NCBI RefSeq assembly: GCF_009914755.1
Contig: NC_060934.1
Source: the human T2T-CHM13v2.0 reference genome, Homo sapiens
Reading direction: 5' to 3' (one strand)
DNA: 64,000 nt
Translations under genes and position numbers: made by a program
Shown here: piece by piece, positions 14,625-27,989 of the stretch
Layout: the number at the start of each line of letters is the position of its first letter
Position numbering within the stretch: the stretch's first letter is position 1
Notes under the pieces: model-generated
Database searches by the model: none
Told to the model about the DNA's origin: nothing
What the model saw: the letters and a program-made list of their open reading frames with translations, nothing else

Positions 14625-16702
14625 TTAGTGGGGACCTTCCCAGCTTGGGTGGAGCTTGTCTTCTTTCCAAATCTTAATCAGCACCAAGTTGCCAGGCTGG
14701 AAGTGGTGAACCGTGAACTCAAGAGGTGGCATTTGAGTCAGAAGTCCTCTTAACCTAAGGGATGACAGGGTGGAGGATATGGCCAGTATATAATTTCTTA
14801 AGCATTGATCCATGGTTTCCATAGTAGGGAGGATCTGTAGCTCTGCCCAAATATGGGTGCCCCTATAATAACTCATAGGGGGATAATCCCAAGTATTTTC
14901 TTGGGGCTGTCATAATCCTAAGGAGTACTATTGGGAGACATTTGGTCCAGGGTATTTTAGTTTCTAGATTAGTTTGGTGATTATGCTTTTTGAGAGTTTG
15001 ATTCATTCTTTCTACCTTTCCAGAGGAAGGGGGATGCCAAGGGGTATGATAATCTCATCTAATTTGTAAACCTTCCATAATTCCCCTTAACACCCTTGAG
15101 ATAAAGTGGCTCCCATTGTTTGAATCAATATTTTCTACCAGGTCAAATCTAGGTACAGTCTGTTCTAATATTATTTTGACCACATTACTGGCAGTGGCTG
15201 TTGGAAGGGGAAAGGCTTCCACCCAGCTGGAAAGGTGACCTACGATCACCAGTAAATATATCAGTCTTCCTCCTTTGGGCATTTCTGTGAAATCTACTTG
15301 AATGCTTTGAAATGGTCTTAGTCTGGGAGGTCTTCCTCCTGTGGCCTGTTTTCTGATCACCTTTTTGTTTATCCTTTGACAAGTTACGCAACTTCCACAT
15401 ACTTGTTTAGCAGGGGTATAAATCCCTGTACACCCATACCCTGTTGCATCATGCAGAGTCGGGGATCCCCAATGACTCCTTTTGTGTAATATAGACGTTA
15501 GCTCTCTCATCAGGGGTTTACTTATTTTTCTTCCATCGGGAAGTATCCATCTCATCTTCAGTTTGAGTGACCCCTATCCTGTCTAATTCTTCTTTCTCCT
15601 CTCTGATAAACTGGGGCCTTAATACTACCTTAGGGATGTCTGGGATCAGGCTAAATAGTCTAATTTCTTCCTCCAGGGAGGCTTGCTTAGCAGCTTCAGC
15701 TGCAAACCTGTTTGCTACAGCTTCTGTGGTGTTCCCTTTCTGAAAACCATTTACATGAACTATGGCTACCTCTGCTGGAAGCAAGAGGCTTTCTAAAACC
15801 TGTTTGGCCAGTTCCAAATGTACCAATTATTTTCTCCTGCTATTTATTAGGCCCCACTCTGTCCAGATTTTTCCAAAAGTGTGTACCACTTTGGATTTTA
15901 AGTAGGCATACTTAAATTCAGTGTATATAGTGCCTTTTTGGCCTTCAGGGAGCTTTAGGGCCTGGTTAAGAGCATAATAATTCACAGGTTTGGGCTAACC
16001 AGCAATTAGGTAATCTTCCTTTCTCACATAAGGAGTGTTTATTTCCATCAATGACACCATCACTGTTATGTCCCTTGCCATCTGTCACTGGAGACAGCCC
16101 ATCCACAAACAGCCTTATCTCATCATGTAGTAGAGCTTCCCTAAGGTCTGGTCTAACTTTGGTTTGGTATTCTATGATACCTAAGCAGTTATGATCTGAT
16201 GTCTCTTTGTTCTCCTCTCCTTTCCCTAGAAAACTGTCTGGATTCAGGCAAGTATTTGTTGTTACGACCAAGTCATCTTTTTCTAGTAATACAGCCTCAT
16301 ATTTTAGAATCCGAGAATCAGTTAACCATCTTCCAGCTCTTTGATTTAATATATTCCTGACTAGGTGTGGGGTGCTTACTATTAGGGCCCCACCAAAGGT
16401 TAGCTTTCTAGTCTCCTCTACCAGCAAGTCTGTGGCAGCTATTGTTTGCACACATTTGGGCTACCCTTGAGAGACAGGATTGAGAAGCTTGGAGACAAAA
16501 GCAGCAGGTTGCCTTTTCCCACCCCATATTTGAGTGAGCACTCCAAGGGCCATGCCCTAGTCTACTGTTAGAAACAGGTGGAATGGGTTCTCTAAAGATG
16601 GGAGGGCCAGGGCTGTAATGAGGGCCTGGTTTAGCTCTTTCACTGCCTGAATTTCTTCTGAGGACCACTGCAAGTGATCAGGTTCCTCTTCTAATAACTT
16701 GA
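14625..16702 (-). pseudogene. pol: pol remnant: RT connection, RNase H and integrase, frameshifted
   Basis: ORFs with GRWLTDSRILKYEAVLLEKDDL, AIVHVNGFQKG...NRFAAEAAKQA, HWG...C..C, PFQSIQVDFTEMP, WVEAFP, IDSNNGSHF, LHPSWEGP. Confidence 0.93.
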
Positions 16703-17220
16703 CCGGCCGGATGCAACAGGGAAAGAAGAAGGGGTGGGGACACGGGGCAGAGCCAGTCCTCCTGTTTGGGGCCTGGGCCTAGGAAAGCTAACTAGGGGCA
16801 GGAAAGGGGAGCCCCAGGCTGTGGATGCCTCTGCGGGGGAACGTTGGGTCAGCAACGGCCAGAGGAAATCCTAAGGCCAAACAGTATCTGTGGCCTCCCT
16901 ACCTTTGGGCATCTTCTGGTCGCCAATTTGCTGCAAGTCACAGCTCCCAAATCTGGTTGTGCAGGCTCCAAAGCAGTGGAGCCTGGCTTTTCTGCCATCT
17001 CCACCTCCTGGATCTCAGAGCTGCTGGATGGCTCCACCCACCACCCGCTGAGCTGGCCCCACTTGGGGCTGGCATTGGTGGACAGCATGTTCCGGGCGCC
17101 TCTGCTCCTCTTTGCTGGGGCCTGCACCTTTCCTGGCTGCTGACTCATAGATGTCAGAGCTGCAGGACGGCTCCACAGAAGCCCTGTGTTTAGGACACCT
17201 CATTAGTGAAGGAGAGTGGA
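16703..17220 (-). other. Non-retroviral GC-rich insert replacing gag-pro-RT; contains an exon-like segment 16903-17183
   Basis: No retroviral motifs; bounded by the gag DSPLGL codons and the pol KLLEEEPD codons; minus-strand ctaat...aaacacag|GG acceptor and AAG|gtaggg donor. Confidence 0.7.
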
Positions 17221-17316
17221 GAGTAAACCCAAGGGACTATCCAGAGGAATGTCAGATGGAGTCTCTTTGGCTCCCTCTTTCCTTTGTCCCCTAAGCCTAG
17301 AATTTCTGTTTCTCAT
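17221..17316 (-). pseudogene. gag: gag N-terminal remnant
   Basis: Manual translation MRNRNSRLRGQRKEGAKETPSDIPLDSPLGLL carries the class I matrix motif IPxDSPLG; a stop follows a few codons into the insert. Confidence 0.8.
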
Positions 17317-17750
17317 TTTCAGTCAGTCTCTGTGTCTGAGCTTTTCCCTGTGTACTCAACTCCCCAACTGGAGGTTTCTTGCACACCTCGAGAATCGCTT
17401 TGTCTGTCTCTGGCCGTTTCCCTCGCAGAACGGAACTGCAGATTGGGACTCTGCACTTGCCTTATATCTGGGATACGTCTCAGTCACACACACTCGACCT
17501 CCAAAAATGCCCAACCACCAAGGCAGTACTTAGAGTCCAATTTTCCTACCTTGGCTTGTGCATGAGGTTTCCTGGTTGCTGCAGTGCCTGCTTTTCTCCG
17601 TATGTCACCTCCACTGCCTCCTGAATAACAGTCTCAGGTTTGTCTATGGCCTTTGCAAGGAGCTGGGACACTCAGACAGAGCGGGCCACCTAAATCGGGT
17701 GAGATTCATCTCCCTTTTCGGCCGGAGTCTGACTCTACGCCGGCATAAAG

Positions 17751-17768
17751 ATCCCAGACGGGCCCCCA
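17751..17768 (-). promoter_or_regulatory. Primer binding site, tRNA-Pro-like
   Basis: TGGGGGCCCGTCTGGGAT, 16/18 match to the tRNA-Pro PBS TGGGGGCTCGTCCGGGAT, 4 nt from the 5' LTR end. Confidence 0.85.
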
Positions 17769-17772
17769 AGTT

Positions 17773-18230
17773 TGTAAGGGAAACATTCACCCGTCCAAAC
17801 CCAAATAATGGACTCGGAGACATGAAGAACAGCGGAAGTAAGACTTTTAGTGGCAGTCTTGCAAGATCTAGGTGTCTGGTAGGCACACACACCCACGGCA
17901 GTTACAGCAGGTAATTTATCTCCTAGCACGCAAGTCTCTCCCCCATTTCCTCACTGGTCGAGTACTATGGGGTTACAATCTTCCCAGACGTTGCCTAAGT
18001 TTCATTATCCCCCTTATAAGGTTATACCCCAGTCCCCTTCCTCACTTAAGTTTCGATTTTCCGATAGCAAAACTTTTCCCTTTCATGGGCTGACCCCTCC
18101 TCTACATTCTGATCACTTATAGTGACTTTCTAGGTGCATGAGCTGTGTGGTTTGTCACATCTGCAGGTTGACTGCCAGTACTTAGATTTAGCATGCCTTG
18201 AAAATGGATCATTTAAAATGTTTTCTCACA
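17773..18230 (-). repeat. Provirus 5' LTR (458 bp, LTR71/LTR10-like)
   Basis: TG...CA termini; minus-strand start tgtgagaaaacattttaaatg; adjacent PBS. Confidence 0.92.
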
Positions 18231-19199
18231 CAATGGCACTCTTTTCACCAGGTTTTCCTTTTTTTTAAATTGTCGTTTTCCATCAAAATTCTAGTTAATC
18301 ATGCAGTGGAAGTTTATTATGTTTAAATAAATTTTAAAAAGTTTAAGTGCTCACTTCTGTTTAATATATTAAATATTGATATATCAACATAAATAAAAGC
18401 TTCTGTTAACAAAGTTCTTTGTTTAAAAAGTATAAAGGAATAGTGATAACCAAAAAGTTTGACAGCTGCCATATTATATAATATCAAAAAATTATTTATT
18501 ACTTACTACTCATCTCACCAGCAAAATCATTGGATCCTGCACAGGGATAGATACAAATTTTGCAAAATTTTAATTTTCACTTGATAGTTTTAATTTTTTC
18601 ATTGGCAATAAATACTGTCATTTATTTTTCTTGAAGTGATAGGCACACTTTGTTCATTTTCAAGAAAATGTCTTCCACATACCCTAGCCCAAATAACATA
18701 GTTTGTGTGTCATTCTTTCAAGTAAAAATTGTATTATTTAAAAACATGTCTCACAAGTGCTTTTCCTGCAATGGCCCCTGTACTTCAGTATATAGCAACA
18801 GTGCTTATGTATACTTCCCATTTCATCATAACAGATAATGTGGATATTCCTCTTTTATATGTGCTACACCAGAATTTAACAAGGTAACTGCAGGGAGAAT
18901 CTGAAACTATATTAATAAATTTTTCATATTCTATTATATTAAAATCCATTTGTCTATCTTGCGTTTTAAATGAGTGTTTTGCCCATTTATAAGTTTGAAA
19001 CATCATGTATTAGTCATTTGGAAAATACTGATTTAGTGAGGCCTGCAGATCTTTCAAATGTGTTTCTTTATACCACCATTGTCATAGTGTGGTTTGAGGA
19101 CTGACAGGGCTAGCAGAAAACTCCATCTGTATCAGGTATTTGACGGTCAAGATTTATGTAATTAAGAATTTTTGGAAATAGTAAGATTGTTAAATTTCT

Positions 19200-19450
19200 A
19201 CCCTGACTGATGAGTATTAAAAAAAAGAACCACAGATTATCAGTATGTGGAGTGAAAGATGGACATCACAACATATATGGCAGATATTAAAAGAATAAAG
19301 GAATATTATAAACACTCAAAAGCTAAGAAACAATGTAGATGAAATGGAACACTCTTTTAAAAAATATTCATTGCCCAGATTTACACAAGAAAACAGCTAC
19401 GTATTTATTAAGGAAATTAAATTTGCAGTAAAAAAGTTCCTCACAGGCCC
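19200..19450 (+). mobile_element. Old L1M ORF2 fragment
   Basis: ggacatcacaac...gcagatattaaaagaataaaggaatattataaacactc...gtagatgaaatggaac. Confidence 0.6.
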
Positions 19451-19867
19451 TGTGATATCATGAGGGAATAATTTGATGTGGCTCCTACTTCTAAAAGCAG
19501 CAATTCTCAAACTTTTTAAGAGTTTTGGAATGTCTGTGTTGTTAAAAATTATTGAATATCTCAAGGTGCTTTATATAGGCTATAGCTATTGAAATTTACT
19601 CTATTAGAAATTAAAACTAAGAACTCTAAAAAATATTTATTCATCAGTTCATTGACAAAGTAATAACCCAGTTAAAGTTAACATAAAATTTTATGAAAAA
19701 TAACTTTTTCAAAAGAAAAAATAATATAACCTATTGTGATAACCCTGTGGGTTGCTTAGCCCCTGGAAAACTGCTGTACACATGTAAGAGAATGCCAGTG
19801 AAAAAGGCAAAAGGTAGGCATTTCTGGAATGGAACTTTTATTTCTCAGCACTTTATAGGTTTTTTAA

Positions 19868-22800
19868 AGAGAAGGTGTTGCTATTGTTGTATCAGATAAC
19901 ACAGATATTAAACCAACAACAGTAACAAAAGACAAGGGCATTATATAATGACAAAGGATTTAATTCAACAAGATTTGTATCTCCTAGGTATATATGCCAT
20001 ACCCAGTGTTGTAGCACCCACATTTATAAAACAAATACTACTAGACTTAGGAAAACGAGACAACCACACAATAATAGTGGAGGACTGCAACAGCCCACTG
20101 ACAGCACTGGACAGATCACCGCAGAAAACTAACAAATTCTCGACTTAAATTGAAGTTTTGACCAAATGGACGTAATACACACGTACAGAATACCCTACCC
20201 AACAACCACAGAATACACATTTTACTCATCTTTGCATGCTCTAAAAATGACCACATGCTCAGTCATAAAGCAAGTCTCAATAAATTCAAAAAAGCAGAAA
20301 TCATACCAAGCATCTGTTTGGACCACAGTTGAATAAAATTAGAAATCAATACCAAGAATAACTCTGAAAGCCACGTAAGTACATGGAAATGAAACAGTTT
20401 GCTCCTGAATGACGTTTGGCTAAACAAAATTAAGGCAGAAATACAATTTTTTTTTGGAACAAATGAAAATAGAAACAATATATGAAAACCTCTAGGATAT
20501 AGCAAAATAGAGTTAAGAGGAAAATTTTAGTGCTAAATTCCTACATCAAAAGAAAGATCTCAAATTAACAACCTAACATTGCCCCTAAAGGAACTAGCAA
20601 AATAAGAACAAACCAACCTGAAAGCTAGCAGAACAAAAGAAATAACAAAGATTTGTGCAGAACTAAACAGAATTGAGACCAAAAAATTACACACAGAATC
20701 AACAAAACGGAAAGTTCTGTTTGTCCTTCTAAAGGGTAAACAAAATTGATAGACTGCCAGCTAGATGAACCAAGAAAAGAGAGAAGATTCAAATAAGCAC
20801 AGAAATGGCAAAGATGTCATTACAGTGGATACCATAGAAATACAAAGATCCTTAGAGACTACTGTGGACATTTTTATGTGCACAAACTAGAAAATTTAGA
20901 GGAAATAGATAAACATCTGGAAGCACACAGCCTTCCAAGAGTGAACCAGGAAGAAATCAAAATCCTGAACAGACCAATAACGAGTTATAACGTTGAATAC
21001 ATAATAAAATCTACCAACCACAAAAAGCCCTGAACCAAAAGGATTCATAGCCAGATTTTACTAGATGTTGGTAGAAGAGCTGATACCAATCTTACTGAAA
21101 CTATTCCAAAAAAATCAAGGTGGAGAGATATCCTCCCTAACTCATTCTTTGAAACCAGTATCATCCCAATATCAAAATCTAGCAAGGACACAACAACAAA
21201 AAGAAAAACAGAAATGCAGGCCAGCATCCCTGATGAAGATAGAGGCAAAAATCCTCAACAAAATACTAGCAGACTGAATCTAGCAGCACATAAAAAAGAT
21301 AATTCACCATGATCAGGTAGGTTTTTTCCTAGATACAAGGATGGTTCAGAATACACAAATCAATAAATGTAATTCACCACATAAACAGAATTAAAAAACA
21401 AAAACCATATTCTTATGCAGTAAAATCCAGCATCTCTCCATGATAAAACCTCAACAACCTAGGCATCAGAGGAACATACCTCAAAATAGTAAGAGTCATT
21501 TATGACATACCCACAGCCAACATCATCCTGAATGAGCAAAAGTTGAAAGCATTTCCCCTAAGAACCAGAACAAGACAAGGATGTCCACTCTCACCATTCC
21601 TTTTCAACATAGTACTAGAAGTTCTAGCCAAAGCAATCAGACAAAAGAAATAAAAGATGTCCAAATAGGCAAAGAGGAAGTCAAATTATATGCTTGTTGA
21701 TGACATGATCCTGTACCTAAAAAAACCCTGAAAGATTCCCCGAAAGACTCCTGGACCTGAGAAACAACTCCAGTAAAGTTTGAGGATACAAAATAAATGT
21801 ACAAAAATCACTGGCATTTCTATACACCAATAACATTCAAGCTGAGAGCCAAATTAAGAACTAATTTACAATAGACACACACAAACACACACACCACACA
21901 CACACAATATCTAGAATTACATTTAACCAAGGAAGGGAAAGATCTCTACAAAGAACTGTAAAACACTGATGAAAGAATTCATAGATGACACAAACAAATG
22001 GAAGAAACGTCCCATGCTTGTAGATTGAAAGAATCAACATTGTTAAATGACCATACTGCCCAAAGCAATCTACAACTTCAATATAATTCCTATCAAATTA
22101 CCAATGTGATTTTTTTTCACAGAATTAGAAAAGACAATTCTAATATTCATGTGGAAATACAAAAGAGCCTAAATAGGTAGAGCGATCTAAGCAAAAGGAA
22201 CAAAGCCAGAGGCATCATATTACCCAACTTCAGACTATACTGCAAGGCTATTGTAACCAAAATAGCACGGAATTGGTACAAAGATAGACACATACATCAA
22301 TGGAACAAAATAGAGAACCCAGAAATAAAGCCACACACCTGCTATGAACTGATCTTCAACTGAGTCAACAAAAATAAGCAATAGAGAAAGGATACCCTAT
22401 TCAATAAATGGTGCTGGGAAAACTGGCTAGCCATATGTAGAAGAATGAAAATAGACTCCTACCTCTCACTATATACAAAAATTAACTCAAGATGGATTAA
22501 AGACTTATTTAAGACCTCCAGCTATAAAAATTCTAGAAGAAAACCTAGGAAAATATCTTTTGAACATTTAAAGAATTTATGACTAAGATCCCAAAAGCAA
22601 ATGCAACAAAAACAAAACTAGACAAGTGGGGTTTCATTACAGAGCTTCTGCACAGCAAAAGAAACAAACAGGGTAAACAGCGTACAGAATGGAAGAAAGT
22701 ATTTGCAAACTATATATCCAGTAAAGGACTGATATCCATAATAAATAAGGAATTTGAATCAATAAGAAAAAATAACTCGATTAAAAAGTGGCAAAGGACA

Positions 22801-23600
22801 TGAACAGACCTTCTCAAAAGAAGACATACGAGTGGCGAAAAAAGGTGAAATAATGTGCAACATCACTAATCATCAGAGAAATGAAATTGAAACCACAGCA
22901 AGATACCATCTCATAGCAGTTAGATGGCTGTTATTAAAAAGTAATAAAATAAGACATGTTGGTGAGGATGCAGAGAAAAGGGAACGCTTACACGCTGTTG
23001 GTGGGAATGTAAATTAGTACAACCCCTATGGAAAACATTCTGGAGATTTCTCAAAGAACTAAAAATAGAACTACCATTCAAACCAGCAGTCTCATTACTG
23101 GGTATCTACCCAAAGGAAGAGAAATGGTTTTATCATAAAGACAGCTGTGCTTGCATGTTTGTTGCATGCAGCACTATTCACAATAGCAGAGGCACAGAAT
23201 CAAGTGTTCATCAACAGTGGATTAGATAAAAGAAAATGTGGTACATATGCACCATGGATACTACAGAGCCATAATCAGGAATGAAATAATGTCCTTTACA
23301 GCAACGTGGATGCAGCTGGAGGCCATTATCAAGTGAATTAATGCAGAAACAGAAAAATACCGTATGTTCTTACTTATAAGTGGGAGCTAAACAGTGGGTA
23401 CACATGGACGCAAAGATGGAAACAGTAGACACTAGTGACTCCAAAAGGAGGCTGAGGGGGTAGGGTTGAAAACCTCCCTCCTGGGTACTATGTTCACTAT
23501 TTGTGTGATGAGTTCAACAGAAGCTCAGACCCCAGAATTATGCAATGTACCCATGTAACAAACCTGCGTATGTGCCCCCTGAATCTATACTTAAAATAAA
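19868..23600 (+). mobile_element. L1 (L1PA15/16-L1PB-like), 5' truncated within the ORF2 endonuclease
   Basis: Continuous degenerate ORF2 (IYA..VAPTFIKQILLDL, ELIPILLKLFQK, gatgacatgatc) and 3'UTR ending acccatgtaacaaacctgcgtatgtgccccctgaatcta; internal (CA)n at about 21875-21906. Confidence 0.93.
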
Positions 23601-23654
23601 TATACTCATAATTCTCTATTAAATATAATTTTCACTATAAAACAAAGTTTTAGT

Positions 23655-24170
23655 TTTCTTATCTCTGACTTGTGTAGTTTCAGATGAGAAGTCTGTTGTA
23701 ATTCTTAGTGTTTCTGAATAAGTTCTAGGAATTGTTCATCTTATAGTTTCCTGGCATTTGCCCTTTGCCTAAGACTTGTGAGGTTTTGCTTTATGCATGT
23801 GCAAATTAGTATTCAAACAAAAACATAAGAGGATCCCTATGCCAATTTCTGGTGCTCTCTATTCTCTGAATCTCTCTCTTCTCTCTATACTGCCCTACAA
23901 ATTCTACTCACCTTCACCTCCTTGATCTGTCTCCTCAACTTGGCAAAGTTTCCATACTGTGTTTGGTGTGACCCTTTCTGCACAGTGTTCTGGAAAGAGC
24001 CTCCTGCCAGAATGGCAGGACAGTTATAGGACTTACCTAATTTGTTTTCCTTCTGTCTGTTGCTAGTGTCTGACAACAGTTTCTTATATTCTGTCCAATT
24101 TCTAGTTGTTACTGTAAGAGGGTAAATCTGATCCCAATTACTCTACCATGTTAGAAGCAGAAGTTATATT
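23655..24170 (-). mobile_element. Old L1M fragment
   Basis: gtttcagatgagaagtctgttgtaattctta motif; appears to continue a piece at about 19820-19860 that was split by the younger L1. Confidence 0.55.
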
Positions 24171-24387
24171 AATTTTTATTTTTAGAGTTGCCTCAAGAAC
24201 TGCTGTTCTAAAATAAACTGAACCCTATTTAATATATAATGGATAATACTGGACAGTGAAATATTTTTTCCTTAGGAAAATCTAAACAGCTGTGGGTCTG
24301 GGTTAAACCATATTAACAGCCTTGCTAATGAAATGTAAAAAGTAAAAGAAGAAACGTTAGGTGCTTCCAGGACACTCATACTTGAAG

Positions 24388-24613
24388 TACAGGTTGAACA
24401 TCCCAAATCCAGACATCTGAAATCTGAAATGCTCCAAAATATGAAACTTTTTGAATGCCAGCATGACGCTCAAAGGAAATGCTTATTCAAGCATTTGGGA
24501 TTTGGGATGCTCAACTGGCACATATATAATGCAGATATTCCAAAATCTGAAAAAATTAGAAATGAAACACTTTTTGGTTACAAGCATTTTGGATAAAAGA
24601 TACTCAAGCTATA
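24388..24613. mobile_element. Tigger4a/MER46 MITE
   Basis: TA-caggttgaacatcccaaatcc...gaaatgctccaaaa...ggataaaagatactcaagc-TA terminal inverted repeats. Confidence 0.85.
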
Positions 24614-25033
24614 GTAGATTTCATTTTTCAATTGGTAAATACTGTTTGGTGCTTATTATGCGCCAGGCAGTATGCTTAGACTTCAAGATGAGTAAATACA
24701 ACAAGCATTACCTATCTTCTTGGAGTTTATAGTCTAGTGAAGAAGAGGATTAATTGTAAAAATAAACAATTAGAACTCTGATGAGTACAATGAAAGAGAA
24801 GAACATGGTGCCATGAAAGTATATAAAGATACCTGATTTAGGATGGACAGACAGGGAAAGCTTCCCTGAGAAGCTGGTAGCTGAGCTGAAATTTGATACT
24901 TGAAGGATGAGCAGGAGCTCAATAGTAAGGAGAAGGAAGTAAGTTGAGTAGAACATTTGCACAGCAATCTAGGCTGAGGGAAAGCACATGCAGAAGCGAT
25001 CAGGAGAGAGCCTGGCATATGCCAAGGAACTGA

Positions 25034-25537
<504 letters not shown>

Positions 25538-26127
25538 TGAGGAATCAGTGAGCAGATTTTAAATAAGAAAACATAATTTTGTTATTGTGAAGAATGGATA
25601 GAATATGGCAAACCTATTAGGGAACTATTGCAGTTATCCAGGAAGACATGATGGTAGCTTGAAATGTAGTCGTGTGAATGGATTCAAGAGAGATTTAGAG
25701 GGTAACAGTATAATCAACCTGTTGTTGATAGGAGGAGTAACTCCTCAGAGTAGTTGTGGGTAATGGAATACATGTTTCTACCGTTTGCTGAGACAACACC
25801 GGAAGAGGACCAGATTGGTTTTTGGATATGTTGAATTTGAGGTGCCTTTTGAATGTCCAGATGGAAATGTCATGTAGGCATTTGAGTTTGAAATCAGAGG
25901 AGAGATCAGAATTGGAACTCACACTTGGGTTTTATTATATTGAGGTAGTAATTGCTGTGGGTGTGAATGAGATTAGCCAGAGCAAAGGAATATAGAAAGA
26001 GAAGAGCAGTCCTGTATTTTGAGGAATTCCCCCTATTGAATATCCAGGTAGAATAGTGAATCATTAAAGAAGCCTGCAAAGAACTGATTTCAGCAAACCT
26101 AGGACAGTGAATTATTAAAGAAGTTAC

Positions 26128-26595
26128 CGTGTGTTGCTTTCCTATGGCTGCTTTAACAAATTACCAGTTCTACTGGCTTGAAACAACAGAAGTTTATTCT
26201 CACAGTTCTAGAGGCCAGAAGTCTGAACTCAGTATTAGTAGGCTGGATTCAAGGTGTCTGTCACCAGGGCCATGCTCTCTCCAGAGTCTCCAGGGGAGAA
26301 TCTGTTCCTTTCCTCTTCCAGCTTCTGTTGGCTGCTGGCATTCCTTGGCTTATCTCCACATCACTCCAGTTACTGCCTACACGGTCAGATTGCCTCCTCC
26401 TTTTCTGTGTGTCTAATCTCCCTCTGCTTCTCAGACAGCTGTAATGACATTTAGGGCCCACAAGATAATCCAGGACAATCTCATCTCAGAATCTTTAATG
26501 ACATCTGCCAAAATTTCCCATAAAAGATAACATTCGCAGCTTCCAAAGGTTAGGACCCAGTATCTTCAGGGTAGCATTTTTGAACCTGCCACTCA
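26128..26595 (-). mobile_element. MLT1 (MaLR) LTR
   Basis: ggctgctttaacaaattacc...aaacaacagaagtttattctcacagttctagaggccagaagtctga...gataatccaggacaatctc. Confidence 0.85.
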
Positions 26596-27989
26596 AGGGA
26601 AGAAAATGCTTCAAGGATTCAATTGATCAGCAATGTCAGGTGTTTCTGAAAGATTAAATGTGAATTAAAAAAGTCCAATCAGTAGCCTCAGAGAGTGGAA
26701 GCCAGATTGAGAGGTGTTAGGAGTTAATAAGGTGTTTTGTAGCTAGACGTTGCAAGATTTCTTGATTGCTTTTTCTCTGTGAGATGGAATTATTGGAGAT
26801 TGAAATTTTGAAAAGAATGGAGAAAATTTTGTGTTGGAGAGAATGGAAAGTAATTTTAACAAAGAGGGCATTATTGTATACTCATTGTATACTGTTGATA
26901 CCATGCATGAAATGATAGCTGAATCGTCTGTCCTCTTGTGTTACTTTGTCCATTTGCACTTGGATATAGCTATGGAGAAAGCAGCTTGCTGGGTTCATCT
27001 GGGGTTGGTATTTTGCAAGACAGGAATCTAAGGAGTTTGATATGTTGGTTTGCAGTAGTTTGAATCCTCTACTGCTTACCCCGTGAACATTTTTGGTGTA
27101 CCTCCACTCTGTCCCATTTAGCCAGGATTTACTTAAGGAATGCAAATGAAATAGTTGGTAAAATAGAACAATATCAGAGTAAACAAAGATCACATATTTT
27201 CACTCTTAATTATGGGTCCCCTCTGTGACCACAAGAAGCAACGATAGTTGGTCACTTCTGAAAATTGTTATAATACAGTCCAGATGTGACTTAGAAAGTC
27301 TAGGGTAACAGATTTGCTTTTTCTATATGCATTTTTAAACCTGCACAGATTTTGTCAGCTACTTTTGTTTTTAGTGCTATTTATAACTCCCTGTTGCCTT
27401 TATTCCTAAAGAGCTACTGCTGTTTAAGATGGTTGCCAGATTGGCCATCTGCTGTTTCCCACTAGTCATCGATTTTTCATCAGGTACATAACCAAAGCAT
27501 TTCTTCTTTTCAGTCCTTTTGGGGAGTTTCACATCAGTCCACTGTATAGAAGCTGATAGAATATTTTGGTGGTGGCATTCTCAGCATACATTTCTGAACT
27601 GGCAGACTGTTTTCTTACCAGGATCTCATTGTTGATATACTGCCTAGCTTCCTAATGCTGCAAGATTAATCTTCTTGAGTAATTTAAATTCAAAATGTAT
27701 TTTTAAAATATCTTCTATAAGCAAGGCTACAGGCTGAATACTTTTAGAAATTTAAAAAAATTAATTAAAAATTTTCTACCTTCCAAATGCATATAGTTCT
27801 TGGGGAGACAGTGTGTTTGTCAATATGCCCAAACCATATAATTAGAATTACAAAGAGACAAGGAAAGGTAAAATGCTGTATAAGAATTCAGGAATTCTAG
27901 ATAAGATTGTGATGTGATTGTGCATATCTCGCATTCTGTCTTCCTCTTTGTCCACCGAAATCCAGGTAGAGTCAGTAAACAAAATCTAA

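Larger units (their letters stand above)
13586..18230 (-). mobile_element. Class I (ERV1) provirus, HERV-IP/HERV-P71-like, internally deleted
   Basis: Two LTRs (about 90% identical by eye), perfect 5-bp TSD CAATG at 13581-13585 and 18231-18235, PBS, gag start, pol and env remnants. Confidence 0.92.
13440..19815. mobile_element. Charlie1-family hAT transposon fragments (about 13440-13585 + 18231-18468; 18470-19065; 19497-19815)
   Basis: gagaacccagctgtctgaaattaagccagacc...caatg|gcactcttttcacc is continuous across the provirus; terminus ccaaaaagtttgacagctg and its inverse cagcaattctcaaacttttt; transposase-like ORF 18785-19006. Confidence 0.7.

Noticed and set aside
13430-18093. Duplicated ORFs at about 13.4-13.9 kb and 17.6-18.1 kb suggesting a gene duplication
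   Set aside because: Explained by the two proviral LTRs.
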